A DNA stretch of 64,000 nt from Gemmatales bacterium (GTDB taxonomy: Bacteria; Planctomycetota; Planctomycetia; Gemmatales; HRBIN36): contig JBEPZY010000003.1 in the NCBI GenBank assembly GCA_041640595.1, positions 52,673-116,672 on the forward strand. The letters run 5' to 3'. Below are positions 8,836-19,555 of this stretch, piece after piece (position 1 is the stretch's first letter; each line of letters starts with the position of its first letter). The position numbers and the translations under genes are program-made. The notes beneath the pieces were generated by a model. The model had not been told where the DNA came from, searched no databases, and was given only the letters and a program-made list of their open reading frames with translations.

Positions 8836-11736
8836 GTGGTACCGCACATTCGCCGAACCTGGCACAGTCTGCCCGTTCACGAGACCTTGCGGACGCTGGA
8901 GGTGCAGGCGGAGCAGGGTCTCAGCGAGAGCGAAGTGCGGCAACGGCAGGAATGGTTCGGCCCCAACGAGTTGGCCCCGATTCGACGGGAAACCATCGGG
9001 CACGTTGTGCTCGAAGCAGTTAGCGAACCCATGATTTTGCTCCTGCTGGCGGTGGGCGTGTTGTATGCCTTCTGGGGAGAACCCTGGGAGACGGTCACGG
9101 TATTCGCAGTGATTGCCGTGCTGGTTGCCGTAGAAGTTTACAACGAATGGCGGGCGGAGCAGGCGTTAGCCCGGCTGAACGAACTGGCACAACCAACCGC
9201 CGTGGTAAAGCGGGACGGAAACTGGCGCGAAGTCCCCGTGGCATTGCTGGTGCCGGGCGACATTGTTTTGCTGTTAGCAGGACGGCGTGTGCCCGCTGAC
9301 CTGCGGTTGCTGGAAACGCAAACTCTGGCAGTGGACGAATCCGTTTTGACTGGCGAGTCGCTGCCCGTGGAGAAAGATGCCGAGGCAATGCTTTCCGAAG
9401 TGGTGCCGCTGGCAGAACGCAAGAACCTCGCTTTTGCCGGGACTCTGGTGGTACGCGGGCGAGGTATCGGCGTGGTGGTGGCTATCGGGGCGGACACGGA
9501 ATGGGGACGTCTGGCCCGGCAAACGGCCGAAATTCGCCCCCAGAGAACACCGTTACAGCAGGCAATGCGGGAATTGGCCCGCTGGACCGTCGTAGCTGCC
9601 CTGGGGTTCACTGTTCTGGCTGCGCTGCTGGCGTACTTGCGGGAACTGGCTACCGGTCGGCAAGCACTGCTCAGCGCTCTGGCGCTTGCCTTTGCCACGA
9701 TTCCGGAAGAATTGCCCATCATTATCACCATGGTGCTGGCTCTGGGTGGCTGGCGACTGGCACGACAACGGGCCATAGTCCGGCGTTTGTATGCTGTGGA
9801 AACGCTCGGTGCGGTTACCGTGATCGCCTCCGACAAAACCGGCACCATCACCGAAAATCGCATGACCGTGGCCCGGGTCGAACCCGGTGAGCGAGAACGA
9901 TGGTGTCTGGAGCTGGCCGTTCTTTGCTCCGAGTCGCTTCCCACTACCGTTTCTGCCCAGCCGACCGGCCAGCGCAGCTGGTTGGGTGATCCGACCGAAG
10001 CCGCCCTGCTCGAACGTGCACAACAACTGGGCCTGTCAACGGAAACGACGCGGCGAACCGGACGGTTACGCCAGGAGTTTGGCTTCGATCCGGCCCGCAA
10101 ACGCATGAGCACCGTCTGGCACATCGCACCCGTATCGGACCAACTCTCGCTGCCAGACAGGCCGAGCTTTTTTATCGCCGTCAAAGGTGCCCCGGAGCGC
10201 GTCCTCGAAATCTGTCGCTACGAATGGATGCAGACACCTTCGTCAGATGCGGTGGATGTGACGGGTTTCCCGTCCGTATCGGGAGACCGCGAGCGATTGC
10301 CGACCGGATCACCCGGCACAATAACGCCGTTGACGCCGCCACCGTCTCGAGAGAGCGGACCGGGCGTCGAGCCAGTACCAGGCTCGTCGAGTGCGATCGC
10401 GCCGTTGACGCAGCAACGATACCAGTTCTGGCACGGTCTGGCGGAAGAGATGGCCCAGCAGGGATTGCGGGTGCTGGCGTTTGCCTATCGCTGGACGGAA
10501 CGCGAACCTCGCTCGGCAGAGGAAGCGGAAAGCGACGGTGTTTTCGTCGGACTGGTTGGCCTGGCTGACCCACCCCGGCCGGAAGTCGCCTCAGCGCTTG
10601 CCGAATGTCGTCAGGCAGGGATTCAGGTGTGGATGATCACGGGAGACCATCCGAACACAGCCCGGTACGTGGCTCGGGCAGTGGGATTTGCTGAGGACAC
10701 GCCTTTGCTCACCGGCCCGGAAATAGACGAAATGAGCGATGCGGCCTTACAGCAAGTTTTGCAACGCCCGGTGCTGGTAGCGCGAGCGACACCGACCCAG
10801 AAACTTCGGCTGGTGCAGGTAGCCCGATCGGCTGGACAACGGGTGGCGGTAACAGGTGACGGCATCAACGATGCGCCGGCATTGCGGGCTGCGGATGTCG
10901 GCATTGCGATGGGACAGCGCGGCAGTGATGTGGCCCGCGAAGCAGCCGATCTTATCCTGGCCGACGACAATTTTGCCACTTTGGTGCACGCCATCCGCGA
11001 GGGGCGTTTGCTTTTCGACAATCTGAGCAAAAGCGTTCGCTATTATCTGGCCTGCAAAGCCGCTCTGGTGGCGGCATGTTTGACCGGAGTCCTGGTCGGT
11101 GTGGGCATCCCTTTTCATCCGCTGCAAATTATCCTGATGGAACTGATCATGGACCTGGCTGCTTCCGTTGCCCTGGTGGCCGAACCGCCGGAAGGTGACC
11201 TGATGCGTCGTCCGCCACGCGATCCGCAGCAACCGTTCCTGCATGGGATAGTGTTACGGGACCTGCTCGGCTCGGCGATGGCGTTGTTTCTGGTGGTGAT
11301 ATTGACGGTGCTGGGACTATTGGCCTGGCGAGCTTCCCAGATGGCATCAGCAACGCTCGTGCAGTCGGAGCAGGAGAACACGTGGCTGGAATACCTGACG
11401 GTATCCGCAACGGTCCGCGAGGCGGTGATGGCGGGCAGTTTTTTCGCCTGGTTGATAGGCCATGTGCTGCTGGCCTGGGTGTTGCGCACGGATCGCACTT
11501 CGCTGGCTGAGCAGGGCTGGGCCAGTAACCGTGCTTTGCTCATCTGGACGCTCGCCGTTATCGCTTTCGTCGTGTGGGCGTGGTTACCGATTCCGATCAG
11601 CCGCGTGTTTCTGTTGCACCACCTGACCTGGAAGGAAATGCTGGGGATTGTCGTTTTCGCCTGCGGAGTTATAGTGCTGTGGCGATGGCTTCGGTTTCGC
11701 TGGCTGGGGCACGGAGCTGCATTCGTAGCGCGGTAG
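8836..11736 (+). CDS. Cation-transporting P-type ATPase (P2A-like)
   Basis: TGES, IPEELP, DKTGTIT phosphorylation site, KGAPE, DPPR, MITGDH, TGDGINDAPAL motifs plus TM helices. Confidence 0.95.
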   Translation: MVPHIRRTWHSLPVHETLRTLEVQAEQGLSESEVRQRQEWFGPNELAPIRRETIGHVVLEAVSEPMILLLLAVGVLYAFWGEPWETVTVFAVIAVLVAVEVYNEWRAEQALARLNELAQPTAVVKRDGNWREVPVALLVPGDIVLLLAGRRVPADLRLLETQTLAVDESVLTGESLPVEKDAEAMLSEVVPLAERKNLAFAGTLVVRGRGIGVVVAIGADTEWGRLARQTAEIRPQRTPLQQAMRELARWTVVAALGFTVLAALLAYLRELATGRQALLSALALAFATIPEELPIIITMVLALGGWRLARQRAIVRRLYAVETLGAVTVIASDKTGTITENRMTVARVEPGERERWCLELAVLCSESLPTTVSAQPTGQRSWLGDPTEAALLERAQQLGLSTETTRRTGRLRQEFGFDPARKRMSTVWHIAPVSDQLSLPDRPSFFIAVKGAPERVLEICRYEWMQTPSSDAVDVTGFPSVSGDRERLPTGSPGTITPLTPPPSRESGPGVEPVPGSSSAIAPLTQQRYQFWHGLAEEMAQQGLRVLAFAYRWTEREPRSAEEAESDGVFVGLVGLADPPRPEVASALAECRQAGIQVWMITGDHPNTARYVARAVGFAEDTPLLTGPEIDEMSDAALQQVLQRPVLVARATPTQKLRLVQVARSAGQRVAVTGDGINDAPALRAADVGIAMGQRGSDVAREAADLILADDNFATLVHAIREGRLLFDNLSKSVRYYLACKAALVAACLTGVLVGVGIPFHPLQIILMELIMDLAASVALVAEPPEGDLMRRPPRDPQQPFLHGIVLRDLLGSAMALFLVVILTVLGLLAWRASQMASATLVQSEQENTWLEYLTVSATVREAVMAGSFFAWLIGHVLLAWVLRTDRTSLAEQGWASNRALLIWTLAVIAFVVWAWLPIPISRVFLLHHLTWKEMLGIVVFACGVIVLWRWLRFRWLGHGAAFVAR

Positions 11737-11833
11737 GGGAATTTTGCAGGTGGGGAGATGAACCTTCAGGAAGAACGAGGCTGGGCCGGAGCATGGGAAC
11801 CGTCCCTGGGGTTCGTAGCGAGGGTGGTCACGC

Positions 11834-13012
11834 ATGGCGAAAAGCTATGACCTGGTGGTCGTGGGCGGCGGCGTGATGGGATTGAGCATTGCCTGGTCGC
11901 TGGCGCGACGGGCTGTCGGACGTATTGCCCTGCTGGAAAAAGCGTACCTCGGCGCCGGGGGCAGCGGCAAATCCGGGGCGATCGTTCGCCAGCATTATTC
12001 CAACCCGTTCACAGCCCAGCTGGCACGAATGAGCCTGCAGACGTATGAGCAGTTCGATCAAATTGTGGGTGGCCCACCCGTCTTCACCCGCACCGGTTTG
12101 GCCATCGTCGTGCCGCAGCAGGACCTGCCTGCCTTACAGGCAAATGTGCAGATGCAGCAGGGGCTGGGGATTGATGTGCACCTGGTTTCGGCCCAGGAAC
12201 TGGCGCAACTGGATCCCAATGTCCATCTGGGCGAGGACGAAGTGGCAGCGTGGGAATCCGAAGCCGGTTTTGTAGATGCCATTCAGGTACTATCCTCTTA
12301 TGCTCAGGCGGCCCAGCGCGAAGGGGTGGAAATCCTGGAAGGCGTGGAAGTGCGGGAATTGACCGTGCAGCACGGCAAACTGACCGGACTGGTGGTCAAC
12401 GAAGGGCGAATTGCCTGTGGCACGGCCGTGCTGGCGGTCGGGCCCTGGATTGGTCGGCTGGCCAGGTCGCTTCAGCTGGAGGTTCCCGTACAACCGTCGC
12501 GGACGCAGGTGGCCCTGTTTCGCCGGCCTCCCGAACTGAGCCGACGTTTGGCTACGTGTGTGGATTTTCACGGCCAGATTTATTTCCGAGCCGCTGCCGG
12601 CGAATTTTTGCATGTCGGCAGTATTGCCGGGGAGGAGGCCAACAGTCCCGTGGACCCGGACCGTTACCCGGAGTCGGCCGACAGTGCCTGGTTACCGGAG
12701 ATCCGCCAGCGTTTGCAGCGTCGCTGTCCGGCCATGCATCGCAGTTACGGCCGGGGCGGGTACGCGGCACTGTACGACATCACGCCCGACTGGCACCCGA
12801 TTCTGGATCGCTGTCCGCAGGCCGACGGAGTGTACCTGGCGGTGGGGTTCAGCGGCCACGGTTTCAAATTCGCACCGCTGATCGGCCAGCTTATGGCCGA
12901 ATTGATCGTGGATGGTCAATTCCGCACTCTGGACGCGCGCGTCTTTCGGCTGAGTCGGTTTGCTGAAGGCGACCTGGTCAAAAGCGGCTACGCTTACGGT
13001 GTTATGGGGTAG
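11834..13012 (+). CDS. FAD-dependent oxidoreductase (DadA/sarcosine oxidase beta family)
   Basis: GGGVMG FAD-binding motif; TPDWHPIL and GFSGHGFKFAP C-terminal motifs. Confidence 0.92.
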   Translation: MAKSYDLVVVGGGVMGLSIAWSLARRAVGRIALLEKAYLGAGGSGKSGAIVRQHYSNPFTAQLARMSLQTYEQFDQIVGGPPVFTRTGLAIVVPQQDLPALQANVQMQQGLGIDVHLVSAQELAQLDPNVHLGEDEVAAWESEAGFVDAIQVLSSYAQAAQREGVEILEGVEVRELTVQHGKLTGLVVNEGRIACGTAVLAVGPWIGRLARSLQLEVPVQPSRTQVALFRRPPELSRRLATCVDFHGQIYFRAAAGEFLHVGSIAGEEANSPVDPDRYPESADSAWLPEIRQRLQRRCPAMHRSYGRGGYAALYDITPDWHPILDRCPQADGVYLAVGFSGHGFKFAPLIGQLMAELIVDGQFRTLDARVFRLSRFAEGDLVKSGYAYGVMG

Positions 13013-16000
13013 TCGCTGAAGTGCGTCCGCCAGGCAGCCGGGTTATGTCCGCACCCACGCCGCGTAGTTCGGCCGGCAGTGTAGCCGGGTCCGGCTGAAA
13101 TTCGCTCGCTTCCACTTCCTTGAAATCTCGTTCGCCCGCACGGAAACCCTGCCAGCGAAACTCCCGCAGGAAACGTACTTCATCCGAACTGGTGCCCCAG
13201 AAATTGCACCATTCGGCCCGATCTGGCGGTAACCGCGTCATCATTGTCTGAGGTTGCCTGGTTTGCCAGAGCAGAGCCGGCCCAGCTAGACTGAACACGT
13301 TAGGCTTGTCCGACTGGCCGGTCCAGCTCAACCAGTTGCGGCGAAGTTCCAGTTCGCTCTGCGGGCCGTCTATGCGGACTAAGGGCTCCGTCGCCGAGAC
13401 CGTCACCAGCAGCGAACTGGTGATCTGCCAGCGTAACAGAATCGGCTGAGCGTTCTCCTTGACGGCCTGGAGGTGAACGACCGGCTCACTACTGCACAGG
13501 GTGACGTGATCCAGAGTGCCGACGATTTGTTCGTTGAATGCGAGCATTTCGGTTCGCTGCGTATCCATGCGCAGGAACGGGGCTTGCAACGCGGCCAGGA
13601 CGTTGTGGACGGTGAAGCGCAAAGGTCGGCTCTCCTGAATGTAAATCCCGACCCCGGAGCCGCGGATAAAACAATCTTCCAGAAACACCTGGGGTGGGTC
13701 ATCGGAACGGGATGGTTTGCCGGGTGTCGGAGCCATAGTGCCTGTGGGATCGGTAACCGCTACCAGGGCCAGGTTCGGTTCGCCCTCGAAGCCGGCCAGA
13801 GTGACCCTGCAATTACGCACCTGGCAGCTTCCCGCACCGGTCAGATTGACAGCTGCCTGCCAGCGTACACCGCTGGTGGGCAGGGGTTGTAACCGCAAGT
13901 GCAAGCCTTCCAGCACCAGCTGGCCGTCATGCACACGGAAAAGCGATACCATCTGGTTCGACTCCGGAATCCGTTCCGGATGGAACATGAGCTCCGGCGT
14001 AAAGCCATCCGCGGATCGCACCGTCACCTGCCGATTGCCAACCACATCCAGCAAAGAGCGAACCATGAGCGGCCCGTTCACCCTGAGCGTGATGATGATA
14101 TTTCCGCTTTCGGCTGCCGCTGAGTTCAACGCGCTGGACAGACTGTCAAAGGTGTCGGGCTTGCCCCCTTTACCATCTACCACCAGGTGCCTGGCCGACA
14201 GTTTGTTCAGCGATGTTTGAGCCGGCGCCAGTTCTTCGTACAGTTCCCGCCCTAACAATTTCTGCACGCCGAGCACAATCTGGGGGTCATCCGCATCACG
14301 CAGTTCCACGACATCGGTGCGGATTTGGAAGGCTTTGAGCCAGTCACCGGTGCCTGGTTTGAGTTCCGGCGGAGCGTCATTCCACGGCGGGGCTTTCAGC
14401 AGAACACATTGTTCTTCGCTGAGGGAGACCGGGTCGGCCCGCCAGGAACGCAATTGTGGCAACAAGGTTTCGCCAGCAGTGCCACCCAGTGGTAATCCGA
14501 ATGTTTCCGATCGGCGAACCACAAAAGGCTCGATACGATACAAAGCGCAGCGTTGCAATTGCAGGTCGAGCTTTTCCTCGCGTCGTTGGGATTCCAGCCG
14601 ACGCCACTCCAGCATCACTGCCGGTTGCTCTCCGCTCACCTGCGCAAGGATGCAACGCCTGAGATGGACATTCCATGCCGGGCCACCGTAAAACAGCATG
14701 GCAGGTCCCGATGCCAGCCACCAGGTGCAATGCTGCAACGAGAATTCACCGGTTACGCCCCGTTTCTTCTCCGACTCGGAGGCGGCAGGACTGTTTGCTG
14801 ATGCGACTTCCTCGCCGAACGTGGAAACTGACGGTTCGGGCATCGTTTGGGAAGTTTGGAACACTACGGGCGTCGGTGCAGGTCCCAGACCGCAATGCTC
14901 CAGGGAAATCTGAGCGGGGCTGGCGAGGCGGAAGAGTGACACACTGCTGACAAGAACACTGCGATACAGGGAAATCTTCCGCGGCCTATCGTTGTTGCCG
15001 GCTACCAGGAAGACGCTCGCGCTGTCGTCGCCGGAAGACCCTTCCACTTCGATCTCGCAATCGTGCAGTTCCAGCTGGCCCTGGAGCACCTGAAACATCG
15101 CCACCTGGGCTTGCGCAGACGGCAAACGCAACAATAGCCGCACGCGTCGCAGGGTCACAATCCCGCCGTGCAATTGCCAGACTGCCAGCGCTTGTTCCGG
15201 AAGTTCGCCGGCAGTCAGATCGAGCACCAAAGTGGGACGCCGATCGCCGGCCGGCTCCAGAGTCACCTGACCGCGTCCCAGACGAAGCCAGGCCCCTTCG
15301 ACGGCCTGCAGTTGGTGCAAATAGTAATGATCAGCGTTCAAGCGAAGCTGCGACCATTTATTCGTGCGGTCGGTGTCGGCAATCGCATCCCGCAATTCGC
15401 TGGCATCTTTCACTTCCTTGATTACAGGTTCCTGGACAACAGCGGTGCCGGAGTCGTTCGGGCCTGTAGCTGCCGGCGGTGTAGTCACAACTGCGGATGG
15501 GTTCGGGAACCCAGGCCCCTGAGCCTGGTTGTCGGGTGTGGCCAGTTCGGAGGGATTTCCGGAACCGGATTCGTCAGGAATCGGGGAGCGGTGGGATTCC
15601 AGCCAGCTCGCCACGGCTACGCCACAGATCACCGCGAGTGCGGCCAGCCAGGCGAAACTGCCGCGATATTTCTGCCCCGACAATCGCTGCAAAGCTGGTC
15701 GGCTACCCGTCCGGCGGCGATTCTGCGACCATTCCTGCAGAACCGTCTGCAAATCCTCGACCAGTTCCTGCGGATGCTGATAACGTTTGTGCGGTTCTTT
15801 CGCCAGCATGCGGCCGAGAATCAGCACCAGTTCCCGCGGAATTTCGGGATTGTAATAACGCGGGTCAACAGGCCTTTCGTTTTGATGGAAATGCAGCTTC
15901 CGGGCCGCTGTTCCTTCGGGCGTTGGGGGCCGACCCGTCAGCATGTGGTAAAATGTGCATCCCAGCGAATAAATGTCGCTGCGTGTGTCTGCCAGACGCG

Positions 16001-16949
16001 GATCGAGCGCTTGCTCCGGCGAGATGTAATCGAAGGTGCCCAGGGTGGCTCCCGACTGCGTGAGTTCCGCAGCGCTGGGTTCCAGGGTGCGTGCCAGGCC
16101 CATGTCGATCAGTTTCACAACACCGGAAGCGGTAACAATAATGTTGGACGGTTTGATGTCGCGATGCACCACGCCACGTTCTGCCGCATGCGCCAGACCC
16201 CGGGCTACCTGTAGGACGTATTGCGTGGCTTCCGGTACGGGAATCCGGCCACGTCGGGCGATCATGTCCCGGAGATTTTCTCCTTCCACGTACTCGAAAG
16301 CGATGAAGTGCAGGCCCTGGTCTTCGCCGCAGTAATAAACGCGGGCAATGTTTTCGTGATCGAGTCGGGCAGCAGCGCGGGCCTCGCGTTCAAAACGCCG
16401 CACCTGATCGGGATCGGCTGCCGATTGTGGCGGCAGAATCTTCAACGCGACCACGCGATCGAGCTGGGTGTCGCGGGCGCGGATCACTGCTGCCATGCCA
16501 CCGACGCCGATCGGTTCTTCCAGTTCGAAATGGGCGAGTCGGCGACCGCGAATGTTGACGGTGGCCGGCGAACGATTCGCCGAACTGCCGGTTCCCGTTG
16601 CCCCTTCCCGCCCACCATCTTCCGCCGGAGGTGGCCCGGAAATGATCGTGGGAGCATCGTCCGACACGGACAGGCTCACGGCGACCTCTTCCCCGGCCGA
16701 AGACTGGGACTGCGGATGCTGATCGGGTGCCGAGCCGGAAGCGTTTGCTCCGGTCGGTGGGGCAACGCCGGCCCCTGCAGCAGGCTGAACCGACCCGGCA
16801 GGATTAGCGGATGACCCAGCTTCAGATGGCGGCAACACTTCGGGCGAACAGGGTTGCTGGATCGTGCTGGGTTCGTCCGCGTGCATAGGGCGGTTGGTAC
16901 GGCCATCCTGGCCCAGATTCGCCTGATTCTCCCTGGCCGATTCGCTCAT
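13002..16949 (-). CDS. Hanks-type Ser/Thr protein kinase with TM helix and large extracytoplasmic region
   Basis: IGVGGMAAV, VALKIL, HRDIKPSN, DMG, YISPEQ, SDIYSLG; hydrophobic AWLAALAVICGVAVASW segment follows. Confidence 0.95.
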   Translation of the reverse strand: MSESARENQANLGQDGRTNRPMHADEPSTIQQPCSPEVLPPSEAGSSANPAGSVQPAAGAGVAPPTGANASGSAPDQHPQSQSSAGEEVAVSLSVSDDAPTIISGPPPAEDGGREGATGTGSSANRSPATVNIRGRRLAHFELEEPIGVGGMAAVIRARDTQLDRVVALKILPPQSAADPDQVRRFEREARAAARLDHENIARVYYCGEDQGLHFIAFEYVEGENLRDMIARRGRIPVPEATQYVLQVARGLAHAAERGVVHRDIKPSNIIVTASGVVKLIDMGLARTLEPSAAELTQSGATLGTFDYISPEQALDPRLADTRSDIYSLGCTFYHMLTGRPPTPEGTAARKLHFHQNERPVDPRYYNPEIPRELVLILGRMLAKEPHKRYQHPQELVEDLQTVLQEWSQNRRRTGSRPALQRLSGQKYRGSFAWLAALAVICGVAVASWLESHRSPIPDESGSGNPSELATPDNQAQGPGFPNPSAVVTTPPAATGPNDSGTAVVQEPVIKEVKDASELRDAIADTDRTNKWSQLRLNADHYYLHQLQAVEGAWLRLGRGQVTLEPAGDRRPTLVLDLTAGELPEQALAVWQLHGGIVTLRRVRLLLRLPSAQAQVAMFQVLQGQLELHDCEIEVEGSSGDDSASVFLVAGNNDRPRKISLYRSVLVSSVSLFRLASPAQISLEHCGLGPAPTPVVFQTSQTMPEPSVSTFGEEVASANSPAASESEKKRGVTGEFSLQHCTWWLASGPAMLFYGGPAWNVHLRRCILAQVSGEQPAVMLEWRRLESQRREEKLDLQLQRCALYRIEPFVVRRSETFGLPLGGTAGETLLPQLRSWRADPVSLSEEQCVLLKAPPWNDAPPELKPGTGDWLKAFQIRTDVVELRDADDPQIVLGVQKLLGRELYEELAPAQTSLNKLSARHLVVDGKGGKPDTFDSLSSALNSAAAESGNIIITLRVNGPLMVRSLLDVVGNRQVTVRSADGFTPELMFHPERIPESNQMVSLFRVHDGQLVLEGLHLRLQPLPTSGVRWQAAVNLTGAGSCQVRNCRVTLAGFEGEPNLALVAVTDPTGTMAPTPGKPSRSDDPPQVFLEDCFIRGSGVGIYIQESRPLRFTVHNVLAALQAPFLRMDTQRTEMLAFNEQIVGTLDHVTLCSSEPVVHLQAVKENAQPILLRWQITSSLLVTVSATEPLVRIDGPQSELELRRNWLSWTGQSDKPNVFSLAGPALLWQTRQPQTMMTRLPPDRAEWCNFWGTSSDEVRFLREFRWQGFRAGERDFKEVEASEFQPDPATLPAELRGVGADITRLPGGRTSATTP

Positions 16950-17142
16950 GGCTCACCCGATTGGCCTGTTCATGGTTTCGATTTGCGCCGCTGAGCCAAT
17001 CCGATACCGACAATGACCTGGCGCCGGGAGCCGCAGAAGGAGCAAACTGACCGCCTGCCATGCCTCCCGGCCCGACTATTCCATTTTAGCCTCAAACCGC
17101 CTCGCCTGGTACCCACAATTAAGACGCACCACAACGCTCGCC

Positions 17143-17401
17143 CTCACCACGCCTTGCGACCCACACCGCACCCGCCAGCATTCCACCCGCGCCGGGACCC
17201 ACATTTGGACAGACTCACCACGCCTTGCGACGCACGCTGGACCCGCCAGCGTATTCTGTTCCCAACGGCAATAAACTGTTGGGGTCGCATCGGCTGAGCG
17301 TGATCACCGCTTTTAGCCAATCCTTGCGGCATTTTGTTTAGGTTGGGCTCAAGGCGACAAAAACCGGTCCACGAGAGTCGCTTTTAGCCAATCTTTGTGG
17401 C
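17143..17401. repeat. Two unrelated direct-repeat pairs, each with period 71 bp
   Basis: CTCACCACGCCTTGCGAC at 17143 and 17214; CGCTTTTAGCCAATCYTTGYGGC at 17308 and 17379. Confidence 0.85.
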
Positions 17402-17540
17402 CTCCTGGTCAGGGACGCCTTTTCCGGCAGCATCCCCGCTATTCAGCGCGGGGGACCCTTGAGAAATGGCGGAGTTTTCGTATGAGTATGTGTATGGGAT
17501 GACCCGTTTTTGGCAGCGACCTGGCTTGCAGGAGGCAATC

Positions 17541-18284
17541 GTGAAAACGGCCCATCGCAAAGAACTGGAGACGAACTATCTCGCCGATCAGCTCAACCGA
17601 CTCGTCGAGGGCAGGAATCCGCACGCCCCGGTCTGGCTGGCCATCTTGTTGGTGGGAGGGCTGGTGGCTCTCGGTTACTGGGCTATCTCACGCCAGACCC
17701 AGTTACGAGTGAGTCTGGCCTGGCAGGAACTCGCACGCGAGACCGGCCAGAGAACCGACACACCGCAGGTAACCGCCGAGGACATGAAAAGTCTGGCCGA
17801 GCGACTGCGGGGTACACCGGTTGTGCTGGCGGCACGATTTGCTCAAGCCTGCAGCGAACTGGAACTGGCCCTGCGCCAGATTCACGATCGCGCTTCTGCC
17901 GAGAGGCATCTGGAGCTGGCTGAGAAGATCTTTCGCTCACTTCTTGCCGAGACCGCATTGCCTTCGGAATTGCGGCTCCGCTGCCAGCTGGGACTGGCCC
18001 AGCTTGCCGAGATTCGCTACTGGCTCGACCAGGCTCAACTCGATCCCGATAAGCGAAAACAACGCTTGCAGGCAGTCATCGCTTCGTACCAGGAAGCATT
18101 GAACACGCCGGGAGTCGAACTGCGTTTAGCGGATGGCCGGATGCATCCGTTGCTCGAGCATTGTCAGGAACGCATCCGCCGGCTTCAGGACGATCAGGTC
18201 GCCGACCTGACTTTGCTGCGTTTGTCGGAATCTGCCCCACCGCCTGGCACTTCCGCCAGCCCGTCAGCGACTCCGCCGCGGTAA
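17541..18284 (+). CDS. Membrane-anchored helical/TPR-like protein (YfgM-like)
   Basis: GTG start 17541 after GGAGG; KTAHRKELETNYLAD followed by a single TM helix and helical repeats. Confidence 0.65.
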   Translation: MKTAHRKELETNYLADQLNRLVEGRNPHAPVWLAILLVGGLVALGYWAISRQTQLRVSLAWQELARETGQRTDTPQVTAEDMKSLAERLRGTPVVLAARFAQACSELELALRQIHDRASAERHLELAEKIFRSLLAETALPSELRLRCQLGLAQLAEIRYWLDQAQLDPDKRKQRLQAVIASYQEALNTPGVELRLADGRMHPLLEHCQERIRRLQDDQVADLTLLRLSESAPPPGTSASPSATPPR

Positions 18285-18448
18285 AATAATGTTGGCCGCC
18301 GTGCAATCAGGATGGCCCCGCGGGTTTTCCTGACCGTCTTTTTTCGGGGACTGGCGTCAAGCGATGGCCGTGTGAAATTCAGCCGCTTTTGTCCCGTAGT
18401 CATCTGAGCGCAGGAATGGCATGATTCGTCTGGACGCTGTGGTGGTCT

Positions 18449-19555
18449 ATGGCAGAGGTCATTCAGCAGAGCAACGGTCGGCGAGTCGTCGAATTAACTT
18501 TGCGACATCGTCCGGAAGTGCGTCGGCTCGATCAATTCCTGGCTTCCGCCTTGCCCGGATTCAGTCGCTCGGCCCTGCAGCGCGCCATCGAACTGGGCGA
18601 AGTAACCGTAAATGGCCAGCCCGCTAAAGCCAGTTACAAATTGCGGGAAGGGGATCACCTGCGCGTCCTCCTTCCCGAACCGCCACACGTCGAGGCTGTT
18701 CCCGAAAATATTCCCCTCGACATCCTTTACGAAGACGAATACCTGGCGGCCATCAACAAGCCACCCGGCCTGGTCGTTCATCCCGCTCCAGGACACTGGC
18801 GAGGCACCCTCGTCAACGCCCTGGTCTATCATTTCGGTCAACTCAGCGGTGTTCATGGCCCGTCCCGTCCCGGTGTCGTTCACCGACTCGACCGCGATAC
18901 CAGCGGTGTCATTCTCGTGGCCAAACAGGAACAGGCACACCGCGAGCTTTCCGCTCAATTCCAGCGGCGTGAAGTGTACAAAGAGTACCTGGCCATCGTA
19001 CACGGCGAAATAGACCGCGACAGTGATTACATCGAAGCTGCCATCGGCCGACATCCCCACGATCGCTTGCGGATGACCACCTATGAGGAACCGGACGAGG
19101 ACGAGAATATCCGCGATGCCTGCACGTTCTACGAGGTTTTAGAGCGCTTCCGGGGTTACACCTACGTTCGCTGCCTGCCCCGCACCGGACGCACTCATCA
19201 AATTCGCGTGCACCTCGCCCATATCGGACATCCCATCGTGGCCGACAAGGATTACAGCACGCGCGGCGAACTCTGGCTGAGCCAGCTATTACCAGAAGCT
19301 GGCCGACCGCGCTCCACTCCCGCCTCCGCAGGCCGCGACGAAATTGCTCATTCCCGCCCCGCAGAAAACATCGCTACATCTTCGCCTGCCACCGACTCGA
19401 CCGGAGATCATCTGCTGGCCAATCGGCAACTGCTGCACGCTCACCGCTTGCGTTTGCGCCATCCCATAACGGGACGCGACCTGGAATTCGTCGCCCCCGT
19501 CCCGGCCGACTTCCAGACCACCCTGTCCGCCCTCCGCCACTACCGCCCGCTGTGA
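18449..19555 (+). CDS. rluD: RluA-family 23S rRNA pseudouridine synthase (RluD-like, S4 domain)
   Basis: RLDQFLA S4 domain, NKPPGLVVHP, VHRLDRDTSG, TGRTHQIRVHL, LHA motifs. Confidence 0.93.
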   Translation: MAEVIQQSNGRRVVELTLRHRPEVRRLDQFLASALPGFSRSALQRAIELGEVTVNGQPAKASYKLREGDHLRVLLPEPPHVEAVPENIPLDILYEDEYLAAINKPPGLVVHPAPGHWRGTLVNALVYHFGQLSGVHGPSRPGVVHRLDRDTSGVILVAKQEQAHRELSAQFQRREVYKEYLAIVHGEIDRDSDYIEAAIGRHPHDRLRMTTYEEPDEDENIRDACTFYEVLERFRGYTYVRCLPRTGRTHQIRVHLAHIGHPIVADKDYSTRGELWLSQLLPEAGRPRSTPASAGRDEIAHSRPAENIATSSPATDSTGDHLLANRQLLHAHRLRLRHPITGRDLEFVAPVPADFQTTLSALRHYRPL

